A DNA stretch of 24,143 nt, taken from the NCBI GenBank assembly GCA_900313125.1, contig OMPZ01000124.1, positions 1 through 24,143 of the forward strand, written 5' to 3'. The notes below the pieces were generated by a model. The model was not told where the DNA came from. It did no database searches and saw only the letters and a list, made by a program, of their open reading frames with translations. Position numbers and translations under genes: made by a program. Of the stretch, positions 1 to 7,931 are shown in pieces (the stretch's first letter is position 1; every line of letters starts with the position of its first letter). This DNA is from an uncultured Eubacteriales bacterium. GTDB taxonomy: Bacteria > Bacillota > Clostridia > Oscillospirales > Acutalibacteraceae.

Positions 1-51
1 CGACGTTTCGATCTCAACAATTTCCATCTGTGGAGTTAAGTATTCTTTCAT
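1..51 (-). CDS. Small peptide, N-terminal 17 codons only (MKEYLTPQMEIVEIETS...), runs off the left edge; possible RiPP-type precursor
   Basis: Reverse strand reads GAGGAG-atcgcg-ATG (ATG at 51-49), with an open frame to the window edge. Not in the ORF track because it is truncated. Confidence 0.7.
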   Translation of the reverse strand, partial: MKEYLTPQMEIVEIETS

Positions 52-292
52 CGCGATCTCCTCTTCTTTAGTATTTGTGCAGATTGCAGCGCTGCACCGC
101 ATTATTTTAGGCACGCTGCATCAAATACGGAGTGCTCCGTAACGATACTGCTGTGCCATAGCGCTGAAAAGTGTATTTCCGAACGACCACCTCGTATCAA
201 ACAGTAATCAGTATTACTTGTATAACTGCACCTGATTAAATGCAGCAAAAGCCAAAAAAAGGTGCATTTCTACTACATAAATACTTGTCACT

Positions 293-322
293 ATTTTAAC
301 ACATACTCACAGCTTTTGTAAA
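293..322 (-). promoter_or_regulatory. Sigma-A-like promoter facing the small leftward peptide gene
   Basis: Minus strand TTTACA-N18-TAAAAT, with TG one base upstream of the -10 (extended -10). Confidence 0.45.
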
Positions 323-520
323 TAGAAATTTCATAAATGTAGTGCTTTTTGAATTATTTAACTTTTGCTTCATAACTGACGTACCGTCATTCGCCGAAAC
401 GATCAAAATTCTATGAAAATTTACATATTTTTAATTATAAACCGCGCCGATTGTAGTACAATATCGTTTAGGGAAAAACAAAAAAGATGTCCGTTTTAAA
501 TAATTTCTCTCAGAGGGAAT

Positions 521-558
521 ACCGAAGGGGTGCAGGGGGCGACCGGAAAGCCCCCTGC
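521..558 (+). repeat. GC-rich REP-like hairpin repeat, copy 1
   Basis: ACCGAAGGGGT-GCAGGGGGC-gaccggaaa-GCCCCCTGC; near-identical copy at 3327-3363. Confidence 0.8.
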
Positions 559-681
559 GATCGGTTAAATCGGAAGTATATAAAACACGCAAATTATCTT
601 TACTAAACCACTCCGCAGTTTTTATTATTTTGAAAGTTGAGGAGTTCTGAATAGTTACAATTTTATTTATCGAGGCAAAAT

Positions 682-1173
682 ATGTATAGTCCTTATGATG
701 TGCTCGGCGTGAGCAAAAAAGCCGACGCCGCCGAGGTGAAAGCCGCCTACACAAGGCTCGCAGCGGAATATTACCCGGCTCATGACGCAGCTTCGGCAAA
801 AAAAATGAACGAGCTCGACGACGCCTTCGACGAGCTTATGAAAAAACTGAAACCACAGAAAAAATGCGGTGAGAACGCCGCGCCGCAGTTCCCCGATGTG
901 CGAAGGCTCATCTCGGAGAACAGGCTCGCCGACGCCGAGGAGCTTCTCGACGGCGTGTGCGGTCAGTCGCGGGGCGCGGAGTGGAATTACCTCAAATCGC
1001 TGATACTTTTCAAGCGCGGCTTTCTCAAGGAAGCGTGCCTGTATATCGAAAGAGCGTTAGACAAAGACGCAGATAACGGCGAATTTGCCGATCTTTACGA
1101 AACGCTGAACCCCTCGAAGAAAAAGCTCCCTGGATTCCTGTCGGGCATCGCGCGAAAGCTGCGCCGATGCTGA
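682..1173 (+). CDS. J-domain-like protein with C-terminal TPR-like helices; HPD motif degenerate
   Basis: N-terminus PYDVLGV...EVKAAYTRLAAEYYPA...KKMNELDDAFDEL is DnaJ J-domain-like. AEWNYLKSLILFKRG..EACLYIERAL..D..N.E is TPR-like. GAGG upstream of the ATG. Confidence 0.75.
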   Translation: MYSPYDVLGVSKKADAAEVKAAYTRLAAEYYPAHDAASAKKMNELDDAFDELMKKLKPQKKCGENAAPQFPDVRRLISENRLADAEELLDGVCGQSRGAEWNYLKSLILFKRGFLKEACLYIERALDKDADNGEFADLYETLNPSKKKLPGFLSGIARKLRRC

Positions 1174-1210
1174 ATTGCGCCCAAGTGACCGCAAAAGGGG
1201 GACATATATA

Positions 1211-1729
1211 ATGAAAACAAGCGTCAGAGCCGCTTTCTGCGGGATACTCACCGCGCTTGCCGTGCTGTTTATGCTGCTTGTGCCCGTGCTGCCGATACTT
1301 GTGTATTGCTGTCCGCTGCTTTCGGGGTTGTGCGTGGCGTTCGCCGTCGAGGAGTGCGGTGTGCGCCATTCCTTCGGCGTGTTCGCGGCAGCGTCGATAC
1401 TTTCTCTGATACTCGTCGCCGACAAGGAAGCTGTGATCGTTTTTATCCTGTTCACAGGCGCGTACCCGATCTTGAAAAATATCGTCAAAAGCGTGAAAAC
1501 GCCCGGTAGGATAGCCGTAAAGCTATTGTTTATCAACGCGGCGGCTGTGGCGTACTACTTCGCCGCGACTGCTGTTTTCGCTGTGCCGCGCGACAGCTTT
1601 GGCGACGCGCCCATACTTTTGCTGCTGCTCACAAATGTGATAATGCTTATGTACGACAAGGTTATCGATAAATACTGCCTTGTCTATAGAAATAGATTCA
1701 GAGAAAAAATAATGAAAGGCAAATGGTGA
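1211..1729 (+). CDS. Hypothetical multi-pass membrane protein
   Basis: About 5 hydrophobic segments. Start moved to ATG 1211, which follows AAGGGGG. 3' end abuts proC. Confidence 0.75.
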   Translation: MKTSVRAAFCGILTALAVLFMLLVPVLPILVYCCPLLSGLCVAFAVEECGVRHSFGVFAAASILSLILVADKEAVIVFILFTGAYPILKNIVKSVKTPGRIAVKLLFINAAAVAYYFAATAVFAVPRDSFGDAPILLLLLTNVIMLMYDKVIDKYCLVYRNRFREKIMKGKW

Positions 1730-1734
1730 TCTTT

Positions 1735-2535
1735 ATGAAAAAAATAGGTTTTATCGGCGCCGGAAATATGGCGACCGCAATTATCGGAGGTTTACTCAAA
1801 AGCGGCTCGGCTGACGGCGAGCATATAACGGTTTTCGACGTTATGCCCGACAAGCTTGAGCTTATGAAAAACGAGAAGGGTATACAGACCGCGCCCGACG
1901 CAAAAACCGTAGTCGAGGTGTCCGATATCACGGTGCTTGCCGTAAAGCCGCAGAATTACGCCGAGGTGCTCGAAAGCATAAAGCTCGCCGTAACGGAGAA
2001 CAAGGTCATCGTGACTATCGCGGCAGGCATTTCGACCGACTACATAGCAAAGACAGTCGGCGTTGAATGCCCGATGGTTCGTGTAATGCCGAATACGCCG
2101 CTTCTGCTCGGCAAGGGCGCGACTGCGCTCAGCCGCAGGAATATTTCCGACGAGGACTTCGCCTGCGTTTACGATATGTTCGCCAACGGCGGTGAAACGG
2201 CTATCCTCGACGAGTCGCAGATGAACAGCGTCATAGCCGTCAACGGCAGCAGCCCGGCTTACATCTATCTTTTCGCAAAGGCAATGGTCGATTACGCCGT
2301 TAAAGAGGGTATCGACGAGGGCGCGGCTATGAAGCTTGTCTGCGCGACGCTCAAGGGCAGCGCGGAAATGCTCGAAAAATCAGGCGATACGCCCGAAACG
2401 CTCATCAAGAAGGTATCCTCACCGGGCGGCACAACGCTCAAGGCGCTCGAAAAGCTCGAGGAGAAGGATTTCTACAATTCCGTCATCGAGGCAATGGACG
2501 CCTGCACAAAGAGAGCGGACGAGCTTTCAAAGTAA
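1735..2535 (+). CDS. proC: Pyrroline-5-carboxylate reductase
   Basis: GFIGAGNMA Rossmann motif, LAVKPQ, RVMPNTP, GSSPAY, VSSPGGTT. Start may be 1723 or 1735. Confidence 0.97.
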   Translation: MKKIGFIGAGNMATAIIGGLLKSGSADGEHITVFDVMPDKLELMKNEKGIQTAPDAKTVVEVSDITVLAVKPQNYAEVLESIKLAVTENKVIVTIAAGISTDYIAKTVGVECPMVRVMPNTPLLLGKGATALSRRNISDEDFACVYDMFANGGETAILDESQMNSVIAVNGSSPAYIYLFAKAMVDYAVKEGIDEGAAMKLVCATLKGSAEMLEKSGDTPETLIKKVSSPGGTTLKALEKLEEKDFYNSVIEAMDACTKRADELSK

Positions 2536-2540
2536 CGCCT

Positions 2541-2569
2541 GCATATTTTCCTTTCTCACGACATATCCT
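2541..2569 (+). promoter_or_regulatory. Putative sigma-E (mother-cell sporulation) promoter
   Basis: GCATATT-N14-CATATCCT fits the recalled B. subtilis sigE consensus (xxATAxx-N14-CATACAxT). It lies 38 nt upstream of a spoIIM-like gene. Confidence 0.6.
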
Positions 2570-2607
2570 GTACAAATAAAGAAGTCATGTGAGAAAGGAA
2601 ACTGCAA

Positions 2608-3279
2608 ATGAAAAGTATAGTGATAGCGCTGCCGCAGCCGGCACCGGAAGAAACACAAACGATCCGTCTTTCGCCGATACAGCGTTTAGGCGGATCTGTT
2701 CGCCGATACGGCGTCGCCATAACGATAACGCTGTTTTTGCTGTCGGGTCTCGTTTTCGGCGCGGTCAGATCGTCGCGCACCGGATTTTCCGTCAGCGGCG
2801 TGGACAGGTTCCTGATAATGCTGCCGGAAACGCTTGAGGGCAAAACGCCCGTGATGGTTTTCGCCGACTCGTTCTCCGTGTCGTTCCTGTTCGCGGCGGC
2901 GCTGTGCTTTCTTGCGCTCACGCCTTCGGGCATCGCGGCTGTTCCGGCACTCGTCTTTTTCAAAGGCTATGAGCTCGGGGTGATGTGCGGCGCGCTTTGC
3001 TCCGTAAGCGGATTTACGGGGCTTGCGTATTACATTTCGGTGGTGTTTGCCGGGGCTTTTTTGTCGTCGCTCGCGGTGATATATTTCTCGCAGTACTGCA
3101 TCGAGTTTTCCTTCTCGATACTGCTTGCGATATTCGGTCATTCCTTTGGCTGTTCTCTTCGCGAAAAGCTGCGCGGGCTCGTTCTCAACGGCTCTTACTC
3201 GCTGATAATGCTCGTGTTCGCGTCGCTCACCGATACGCTGCTTTATAATATGATAGGCAGACTGTTCGTATCATTATAA
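2608..3279 (+). CDS. spoIIM: Stage II sporulation protein M (SpoIIM)-like membrane protein
   Basis: 223 aa, multi-TM. The segment ...GIAAVPALVFFKGYELGVMCGAL..SGFTGL...V...F has the SpoIIM-family pattern. GAAAGGAA RBS; sigE-like promoter upstream. Confidence 0.65.
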   Translation: MKSIVIALPQPAPEETQTIRLSPIQRLGGSVRRYGVAITITLFLLSGLVFGAVRSSRTGFSVSGVDRFLIMLPETLEGKTPVMVFADSFSVSFLFAAALCFLALTPSGIAAVPALVFFKGYELGVMCGALCSVSGFTGLAYYISVVFAGAFLSSLAVIYFSQYCIEFSFSILLAIFGHSFGCSLREKLRGLVLNGSYSLIMLVFASLTDTLLYNMIGRLFVSL

Positions 3280-3326
3280 ATGATATTTATTAATGTGGCA
3301 ACAAAATATTAATTTTAATATTTGTA

Positions 3327-3363
3327 ACCGAAGGGGTGCGGGGGCGACCGGAAAGCCCCCGCA
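3327..3363 (+). repeat. GC-rich REP-like hairpin repeat, copy 2
   Basis: ACCGAAGGGG-TGCGGGGGC-gaccggaaa-GCCCCCGCA; same orientation as copy 1. Confidence 0.8.
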
Positions 3364-3440
3364 AGGTGTCTCTGCTTGAGAAACAGTTTTACTATTTACG
3401 ATTATTTAGTTGCCAAAGTAATAATGAAAAGGGGTATTTC

Positions 3441-4382
3441 GTGGCAAGCTATAAAATAAATCCCGACGCCAATTCGGAAAAGCCGATGCGGTCGGTACAG
3501 TTTTTCAACCTTTATTTTTCAAATTTCGGGAGCATAATGCTTGCGAATATACTGCTGCTGCCGTTTACGCTGCTCGCGGCTTTGTATGCGGCTGCGTCGT
3601 ACAAGCTGCTGGGAGGGCTGAATATCCCGATCGCGTCCGCGTCGCTGATAATCCTGAATGCCGGAATGTCGGGCGTCGCGCTCGTGTGCCGATACATCTA
3701 CACGAAAAAGGAATTTTCCGTTTTTCAGACATTTAAGAAGGGCGTCAAGGAAAACGCCGCGCGCTTCGCCGTTCACGGGCTGATCTTTTACATCGTTTTC
3801 GCGATAAGCAGCCTTTCCGTAACGCTTTACCACGGCGGCACTAAAACAAACGGTATTTTCTGGGTGCCGCTCGTAATAACGGCGCTCGTGTCGCTGTTTG
3901 TTCTCTTTGCTTCGTATTACATGAACGTAATGACGGTGACGATGGACATATCGCTGCGCGATACATACCGCAACTGCGCGCTGTTCTCGTTCGGTGAGCT
4001 GAAAAACAACATCTTCACCACGATCGCCCTCGCGGTCATGGGCGCGGTGATCTTCACTATCTGCTACATCGTCAACAATATGTGGGTGATATTGCTGATA
4101 CTTGCGCTGCTTCAGGCGTTCGTTATCCCGGCGACCGTCCAGTATATCATCACGTTCTATATCTACGACGATATGGTCGCTATCCTCGACGAGACAAACA
4201 GAAACCGCAAAGGCGACGAGCCGCAGGAGGAAAAAAAGCCCTCCATGCCTGTACTCGACAGGCAGGAAGCGGAGGATATCTCGCGTATAGCTTCCGACAG
4301 CAAGGACGAGTTTATTTACTACAACGGAAAAATGATAAAGCGCTCGGAGGTCGAAAAGCTGCTTTCCTCCGACGATGAATAA
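3441..4382 (+). CDS. YesL/DUF624-like integral membrane protein
   Basis: About 6 TM segments, F..F..G.KEN motif, charged C-terminal tail. True start is probably GTG 3441 after AAAGGGG; the track start at 3336 lies inside the repeat hairpin. Confidence 0.65.
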   Translation: MASYKINPDANSEKPMRSVQFFNLYFSNFGSIMLANILLLPFTLLAALYAAASYKLLGGLNIPIASASLIILNAGMSGVALVCRYIYTKKEFSVFQTFKKGVKENAARFAVHGLIFYIVFAISSLSVTLYHGGTKTNGIFWVPLVITALVSLFVLFASYYMNVMTVTMDISLRDTYRNCALFSFGELKNNIFTTIALAVMGAVIFTICYIVNNMWVILLILALLQAFVIPATVQYIITFYIYDDMVAILDETNRNRKGDEPQEEKKPSMPVLDRQEAEDISRIASDSKDEFIYYNGKMIKRSEVEKLLSSDDE

Positions 4383-4389
4383 ACAAACA

Positions 4390-4424
4390 GCCCCGGCAAA
4401 GGTTTAAAGACCATTCGCCGGGGC
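4390..4424. terminator. Probable bidirectional intrinsic terminator between convergent genes
   Basis: GCCCCGGC ... GCCGGGGC stem between stops at 4382 (+) and 4431 (-), with an A-rich 5' flank and a T-rich 3' flank. Confidence 0.65.
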
Positions 4425-4430
4425 GTATTG

Positions 4431-5246
4431 TTATTTCTTGTTTCTGATGTTTATCAGATATTCTTTTATTTTGTTTCCCATGTTCATTTTTTCGTGATCC
4501 TCGTCGCTCCAGACAGTAACTCTGCTGCTGAACTTTGTTATCCTGCTGACAAGGTACTTCTGAGGTCCGCTGAGACTTTCGGCGATGTTCCTCGCCCTCT
4601 CTTTCGTCTCCGCTTCGTAGTCAACGATCCTCTTTTTAAGCTGCGACGGGGTTGAGGCAACAGCCTGATACACCGATTCGCCGCGCTCGATGAACTCTTT
4701 GTTCGCGTTTTCAATCTTATCGAGCAGCGACGTCAGGCTCGCGTTCGTCAGAGCGTAGTCCGCGCCGAAGATACCGATAAGTATCAGCGCCGCCGTTTCA
4801 AACGCGACTGAGGGTATTATCTCGGCGGCAATGTCCATCAGCGGAAAAACGAACCGCACGAGCAACACGCCTGCAAGACCGAAGAAGACGCTTGCGGGCA
4901 GACATATCCTTCCGTTTATATTGAGCGGAAAATTGCTGTAATCCCACCAGCGCGCGTGGAAAATCGTCTCCATACTCCAAGACGTCACAAATTCAACTAT
5001 CGCGCTGCCGATCATACATACGAAAAACAGCTTGACGGTCGAGATATCGCCGCCCATGAATATCGGCACATGGTGAACGAGAAACTGCAGGAAAAGTATG
5101 CTGAACCCGTAGATCGGGCAGATCGGTCCGAAAAAGAAACCTCTGTTCTGAAAGCACTTTTCCTCAAACGGAGTGTATATCATTTCCCACACCCAGCCAA
5201 CAAAGCTGTAAAACATGAAAAACACAACTATCTGTGAAATACTCAT
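4431..5246 (-). CDS. Putative ABC-transporter permease family protein (PF06541/DUF1113-like)
   Basis: YSFVGWVWE...NRGFFFGPICPIYG...RWWDYSNFPLNINGRICL motifs, followed by a helical C-terminal tail. Confidence 0.85.
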   Translation of the reverse strand: MSISQIVVFFMFYSFVGWVWEMIYTPFEEKCFQNRGFFFGPICPIYGFSILFLQFLVHHVPIFMGGDISTVKLFFVCMIGSAIVEFVTSWSMETIFHARWWDYSNFPLNINGRICLPASVFFGLAGVLLVRFVFPLMDIAAEIIPSVAFETAALILIGIFGADYALTNASLTSLLDKIENANKEFIERGESVYQAVASTPSQLKKRIVDYEAETKERARNIAESLSGPQKYLVSRITKFSSRVTVWSDEDHEKMNMGNKIKEYLINIRNKK

Positions 5247-5285
5247 AAATCACCGCGATCTAAAAAATGCATAGCCGAAATACGA

Positions 5286-5579
5286 TCATTTTGCTGCGCT
5301 GCGGAAAACGCCCGTAACGATGCTCTTGAGCTTTTCGGCGTCGCTGCCTGTGAGCTTGCCGCCCTTCTTGAGTACCTCAAGCAGCTCGGGAGCCTGCTTT
5401 GCAACGCTGTCGATCGCCTGTGAAGTCGCGACTGTCCTTACAGCCGGAGGAAGCTTGTCGAGCACCTCCTTCGGTATCATAGAGACGATAGCGTCAGCAG
5501 CCTTATCGCTGCCGCCGGAAGTACCGCCTGCGTTTTTGAGCATATCCTGACCCATCTGGGCGAGTGAACCAAGATCCAT
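5286..5579 (-). CDS. 97-aa hypothetical protein (helical; see finding on resemblance to the F1-alpha C-terminus)
   Basis: AAAGGAGA RBS 8 nt before the ATG, its own sigma-A-like promoter, and codon style like its neighbours. Confidence 0.85.
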   Translation of the reverse strand: MDLGSLAQMGQDMLKNAGGTSGGSDKAADAIVSMIPKEVLDKLPPAVRTVATSQAIDSVAKQAPELLEVLKKGGKLTGSDAEKLKSIVTGVFRSAAK

Positions 5580-5664
5580 TGTACATATCTCCTTTCAAAC
5601 TTCTGTTGTTTTCGGTAAAGCTCCTTCGCAAAAATGCGGAGACCCTCATACCGTAATCATTATA

Positions 5665-5693
5665 ATTAAATCATAATTTTGCTCAAAAGTCAA
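5665..5693 (-). promoter_or_regulatory. Sigma-A-like promoter for the 97-aa gene and probably the PF06541 gene
   Basis: Minus strand TTGACT-N17-TTTAAT with TG-n extended -10. Confidence 0.6.
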
Positions 5694-5785
5694 CCAAAAA
5701 AGGAATAACTGTTATTTTTCATTTAAAAGGCACAATATGCGCTCGTGCAGTAAAGTTCTCCGACAGCAAAATCACATACATTAAT

Positions 5786-5816
5786 GAAAAACAACGGAGC
5801 ATGAAACCATGCTCCG
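5786..5816 (-). terminator. Intrinsic terminator of pgm
   Basis: Minus strand CGGAGCATG-gttt-CATGCTCCG followed by TTGTTTTTC, just after the pgm stop. Confidence 0.8.
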
Positions 5817-5828
5817 CAATTCTTTTAT

Positions 5829-7562
5829 TTATGCTTCGGGGAAGAATACTCCCGAATTTTTAACGTAGTCTATGAGACCGTTGGCTGTATTTACAGCGTC
5901 CTGCTCATCCTTGCCGACGCCCGTGAAGTAGATCTTGATCTTCGGCTCTGTGCCCGAGGGTCTTACTATGATAGCGTTGCCGTTTTCGAGGAAGAAGGAG
6001 AGAACGTTCGACTTCGGAAGGTCGATCTTCTTTTCCTCGCCCGTCTCGTAGTTCTTGTCGAACTGGAGAAGATAATCGGCGTGGCGCGTGATCTTGTAGC
6101 CCGCCATCTCGTCCGACTTGAAGTTCCTCAGGTTCTCCATGATGTTCTTCATCGTCTCCATGCCGGACGCGCCGTCAAACTCAAAGCTGAGAGTGATGTT
6201 CTTGTAGAAGCCGTACTGAGCGTAAAGACCGTTGATGACCTCAACGAGCGACTTGCCCTGCTTCTTGTAGTATGCTGCCATCTCGGCGATGAGCATCGAC
6301 GCAACAACGGCGTCCTTGTCTCTTACATAGCTGCCGGCAAGGTAGCCGTAGCTCTCTTCAAAGCCGAACACATATCTGTTCTCCTCGTTTTTCTGCTCAA
6401 GGAGAAGTATCTGCTCGCCGATATACTTGAAGCCGGTGAGAACGTTCTTTACCTCTACGCCGTAGTTTGCGGCAACACGGTCAACGAGCACGCTCGTAAC
6501 TACCGTCTTTACCATAACGGGATCCTTCGGCAGCGTGCCGAGCTCGATGCGGCTCTTGAGAATGTAGTCGGTGAGCATGATGCCCGTTTCGTTGCCTGTC
6601 ATAAGGCGGTAGCCGTCGCCGTCGGGAACAGCGATGCCTACTCTGTCGCTGTCGGGGTCGGTAGCGAGAAGAAGATCGGGCTTTACCTCCTCACATACCT
6701 TGAGACCCTCTTCAAGAGCTTCTCTGATCTCCGGGTTCGGATACGGGCAGGTGGGGAAGTTGCCGTCGGGCAGCTCCTGCGACTTAACGATATGTACGTC
6801 CTTAACGCCTGTTCTGTCAAGGATCTTTCTTACGAGCTTGTTGCCCGCGCCGTTGAGCGGCGTGTAAACGACCTTAAGGTCGGAGCCTTCGCAGATGCCC
6901 TTGCGGATAGACTGCTCCTCTACCTTTTCAAGGTAAGACTCATAGAACTCGTCGCCGATGTACTCGATAAGACCGCTGTCGAGAGCGTCCTTCATGCCGA
7001 TAAGCTTTACGTCCTTAAAGCAGTCGAGCTTCTGTATCTCGCTGTAGACCTCGTTTGCGGCGTTGTCTGTCATCTGGCAGCCGTCCGAGCCGTAGCACTT
7101 GTAGCCGTTGTACTTCGACGGGTTGTGGCTCGCCGTCACCATGATGCCTGCCTGGCTCTTGAAGTATCTTACCGCGTAGGAAACTACCGGCGTAGGCTGG
7201 AGCTCCTTTGAAAGGTGTACCTTTATGCCGTTTGCGGCAAGAACCCTTGCAGCCTCGTCCGCGAACAATGGCGAGTTTATTCTCGAATCGTACGATATGG
7301 AAACCGACGACTCGCTGTAATGCTTCTTGAGGTAGTTTGCAAGACCCTGTGTTGCAACTCTTACCGTGTAAATGTTCATTCTGTTCGTTCCGGCGCCGAG
7401 AACTCCGCGAAGTCCCGCCGTGCCGAACTCAAGCGACCTGTAAAAGCGGTCGTAAATATCATCATCGCTGCCGGCTACGCTCTTGAGCTCTTCTGTAAGA
7501 GCAGCGTCGTCTACAGCATTTTCAAGCCATTCTTCATAAAGCGCTCTGATCTTTTTTTCCAT
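5829..7562 (-). CDS. pgm: Phosphoglucomutase/phosphomannomutase (alpha-D-phosphohexomutase)
   Basis: FGTAGLRG, catalytic TASHNP, metal-binding DPDSDR, GFEESYG, RPSGTEPKIK. Start at ATG 7562 after AGGGAG. Confidence 0.95.
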   Translation of the reverse strand: MEKKIRALYEEWLENAVDDAALTEELKSVAGSDDDIYDRFYRSLEFGTAGLRGVLGAGTNRMNIYTVRVATQGLANYLKKHYSESSVSISYDSRINSPLFADEAARVLAANGIKVHLSKELQPTPVVSYAVRYFKSQAGIMVTASHNPSKYNGYKCYGSDGCQMTDNAANEVYSEIQKLDCFKDVKLIGMKDALDSGLIEYIGDEFYESYLEKVEEQSIRKGICEGSDLKVVYTPLNGAGNKLVRKILDRTGVKDVHIVKSQELPDGNFPTCPYPNPEIREALEEGLKVCEEVKPDLLLATDPDSDRVGIAVPDGDGYRLMTGNETGIMLTDYILKSRIELGTLPKDPVMVKTVVTSVLVDRVAANYGVEVKNVLTGFKYIGEQILLLEQKNEENRYVFGFEESYGYLAGSYVRDKDAVVASMLIAEMAAYYKKQGKSLVEVINGLYAQYGFYKNITLSFEFDGASGMETMKNIMENLRNFKSDEMAGYKITRHADYLLQFDKNYETGEEKKIDLPKSNVLSFFLENGNAIIVRPSGTEPKIKIYFTGVGKDEQDAVNTANGLIDYVKNSGVFFPEA

Positions 7563-7663
7563 AAAAACACATCTCCCTGTCATCAGATCGTAAACTTGTC
7601 AAAGCGATAAAAAGCAGCGTTTTTAAAGGGCGGGTCATTATTTCGCCCTTTTCGCTATCATAT

Positions 7664-7692
7664 ACTATAGCACAAAATAGGAAAATTTACAA
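7664..7692 (-). promoter_or_regulatory. Sigma-A-like promoter of pgm
   Basis: Minus strand TTGTAA-N17-TATAGT with TG-n extended -10. Confidence 0.65.
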
Positions 7693-7931
7693 TTGGCCGA
7701 AAAGAATTATTTGATTTTTATTTTGACAAAAAACTAAAGCTTCCTGCTCATTATATTTCCGAATAAGGAAATATGACACATTTTTGTTTCATCTTTTTCA
7801 GTTAGTCACCAAAAATACGGAGAAATTCACGCATTGTTATGTGCAAAATGCAGAATTTGCTTTTCCGCGATACAGTATCGCTTTGCAGTGCGTCTCAGAC
7901 CGAGTTTTTTTCTGTAATTCCATAATTTCAC

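Noticed and set aside
431-799. 122-aa minus-strand ORF
   Set aside because: It runs antisense through the J-domain gene and across the repeat hairpin, with no RBS or recognisable motif.
3301-3325. AT-rich near-palindrome ACAAAATATT...AATATTTGT just before repeat copy 2
   Set aside because: Imperfect, in very AT-rich sequence, and absent before copy 1; plausible by chance.
3336-3440. 35-codon N-terminal extension of the YesL-like ORF given in the track
   Set aside because: It starts inside the repeat hairpin with no RBS; GTG 3441 has a good one.
6081-7211. 376-aa plus-strand ORF
   Set aside because: Antisense shadow of pgm. Codon bias of the real gene suppresses stops on the opposite strand, and the product has no recognisable motif.
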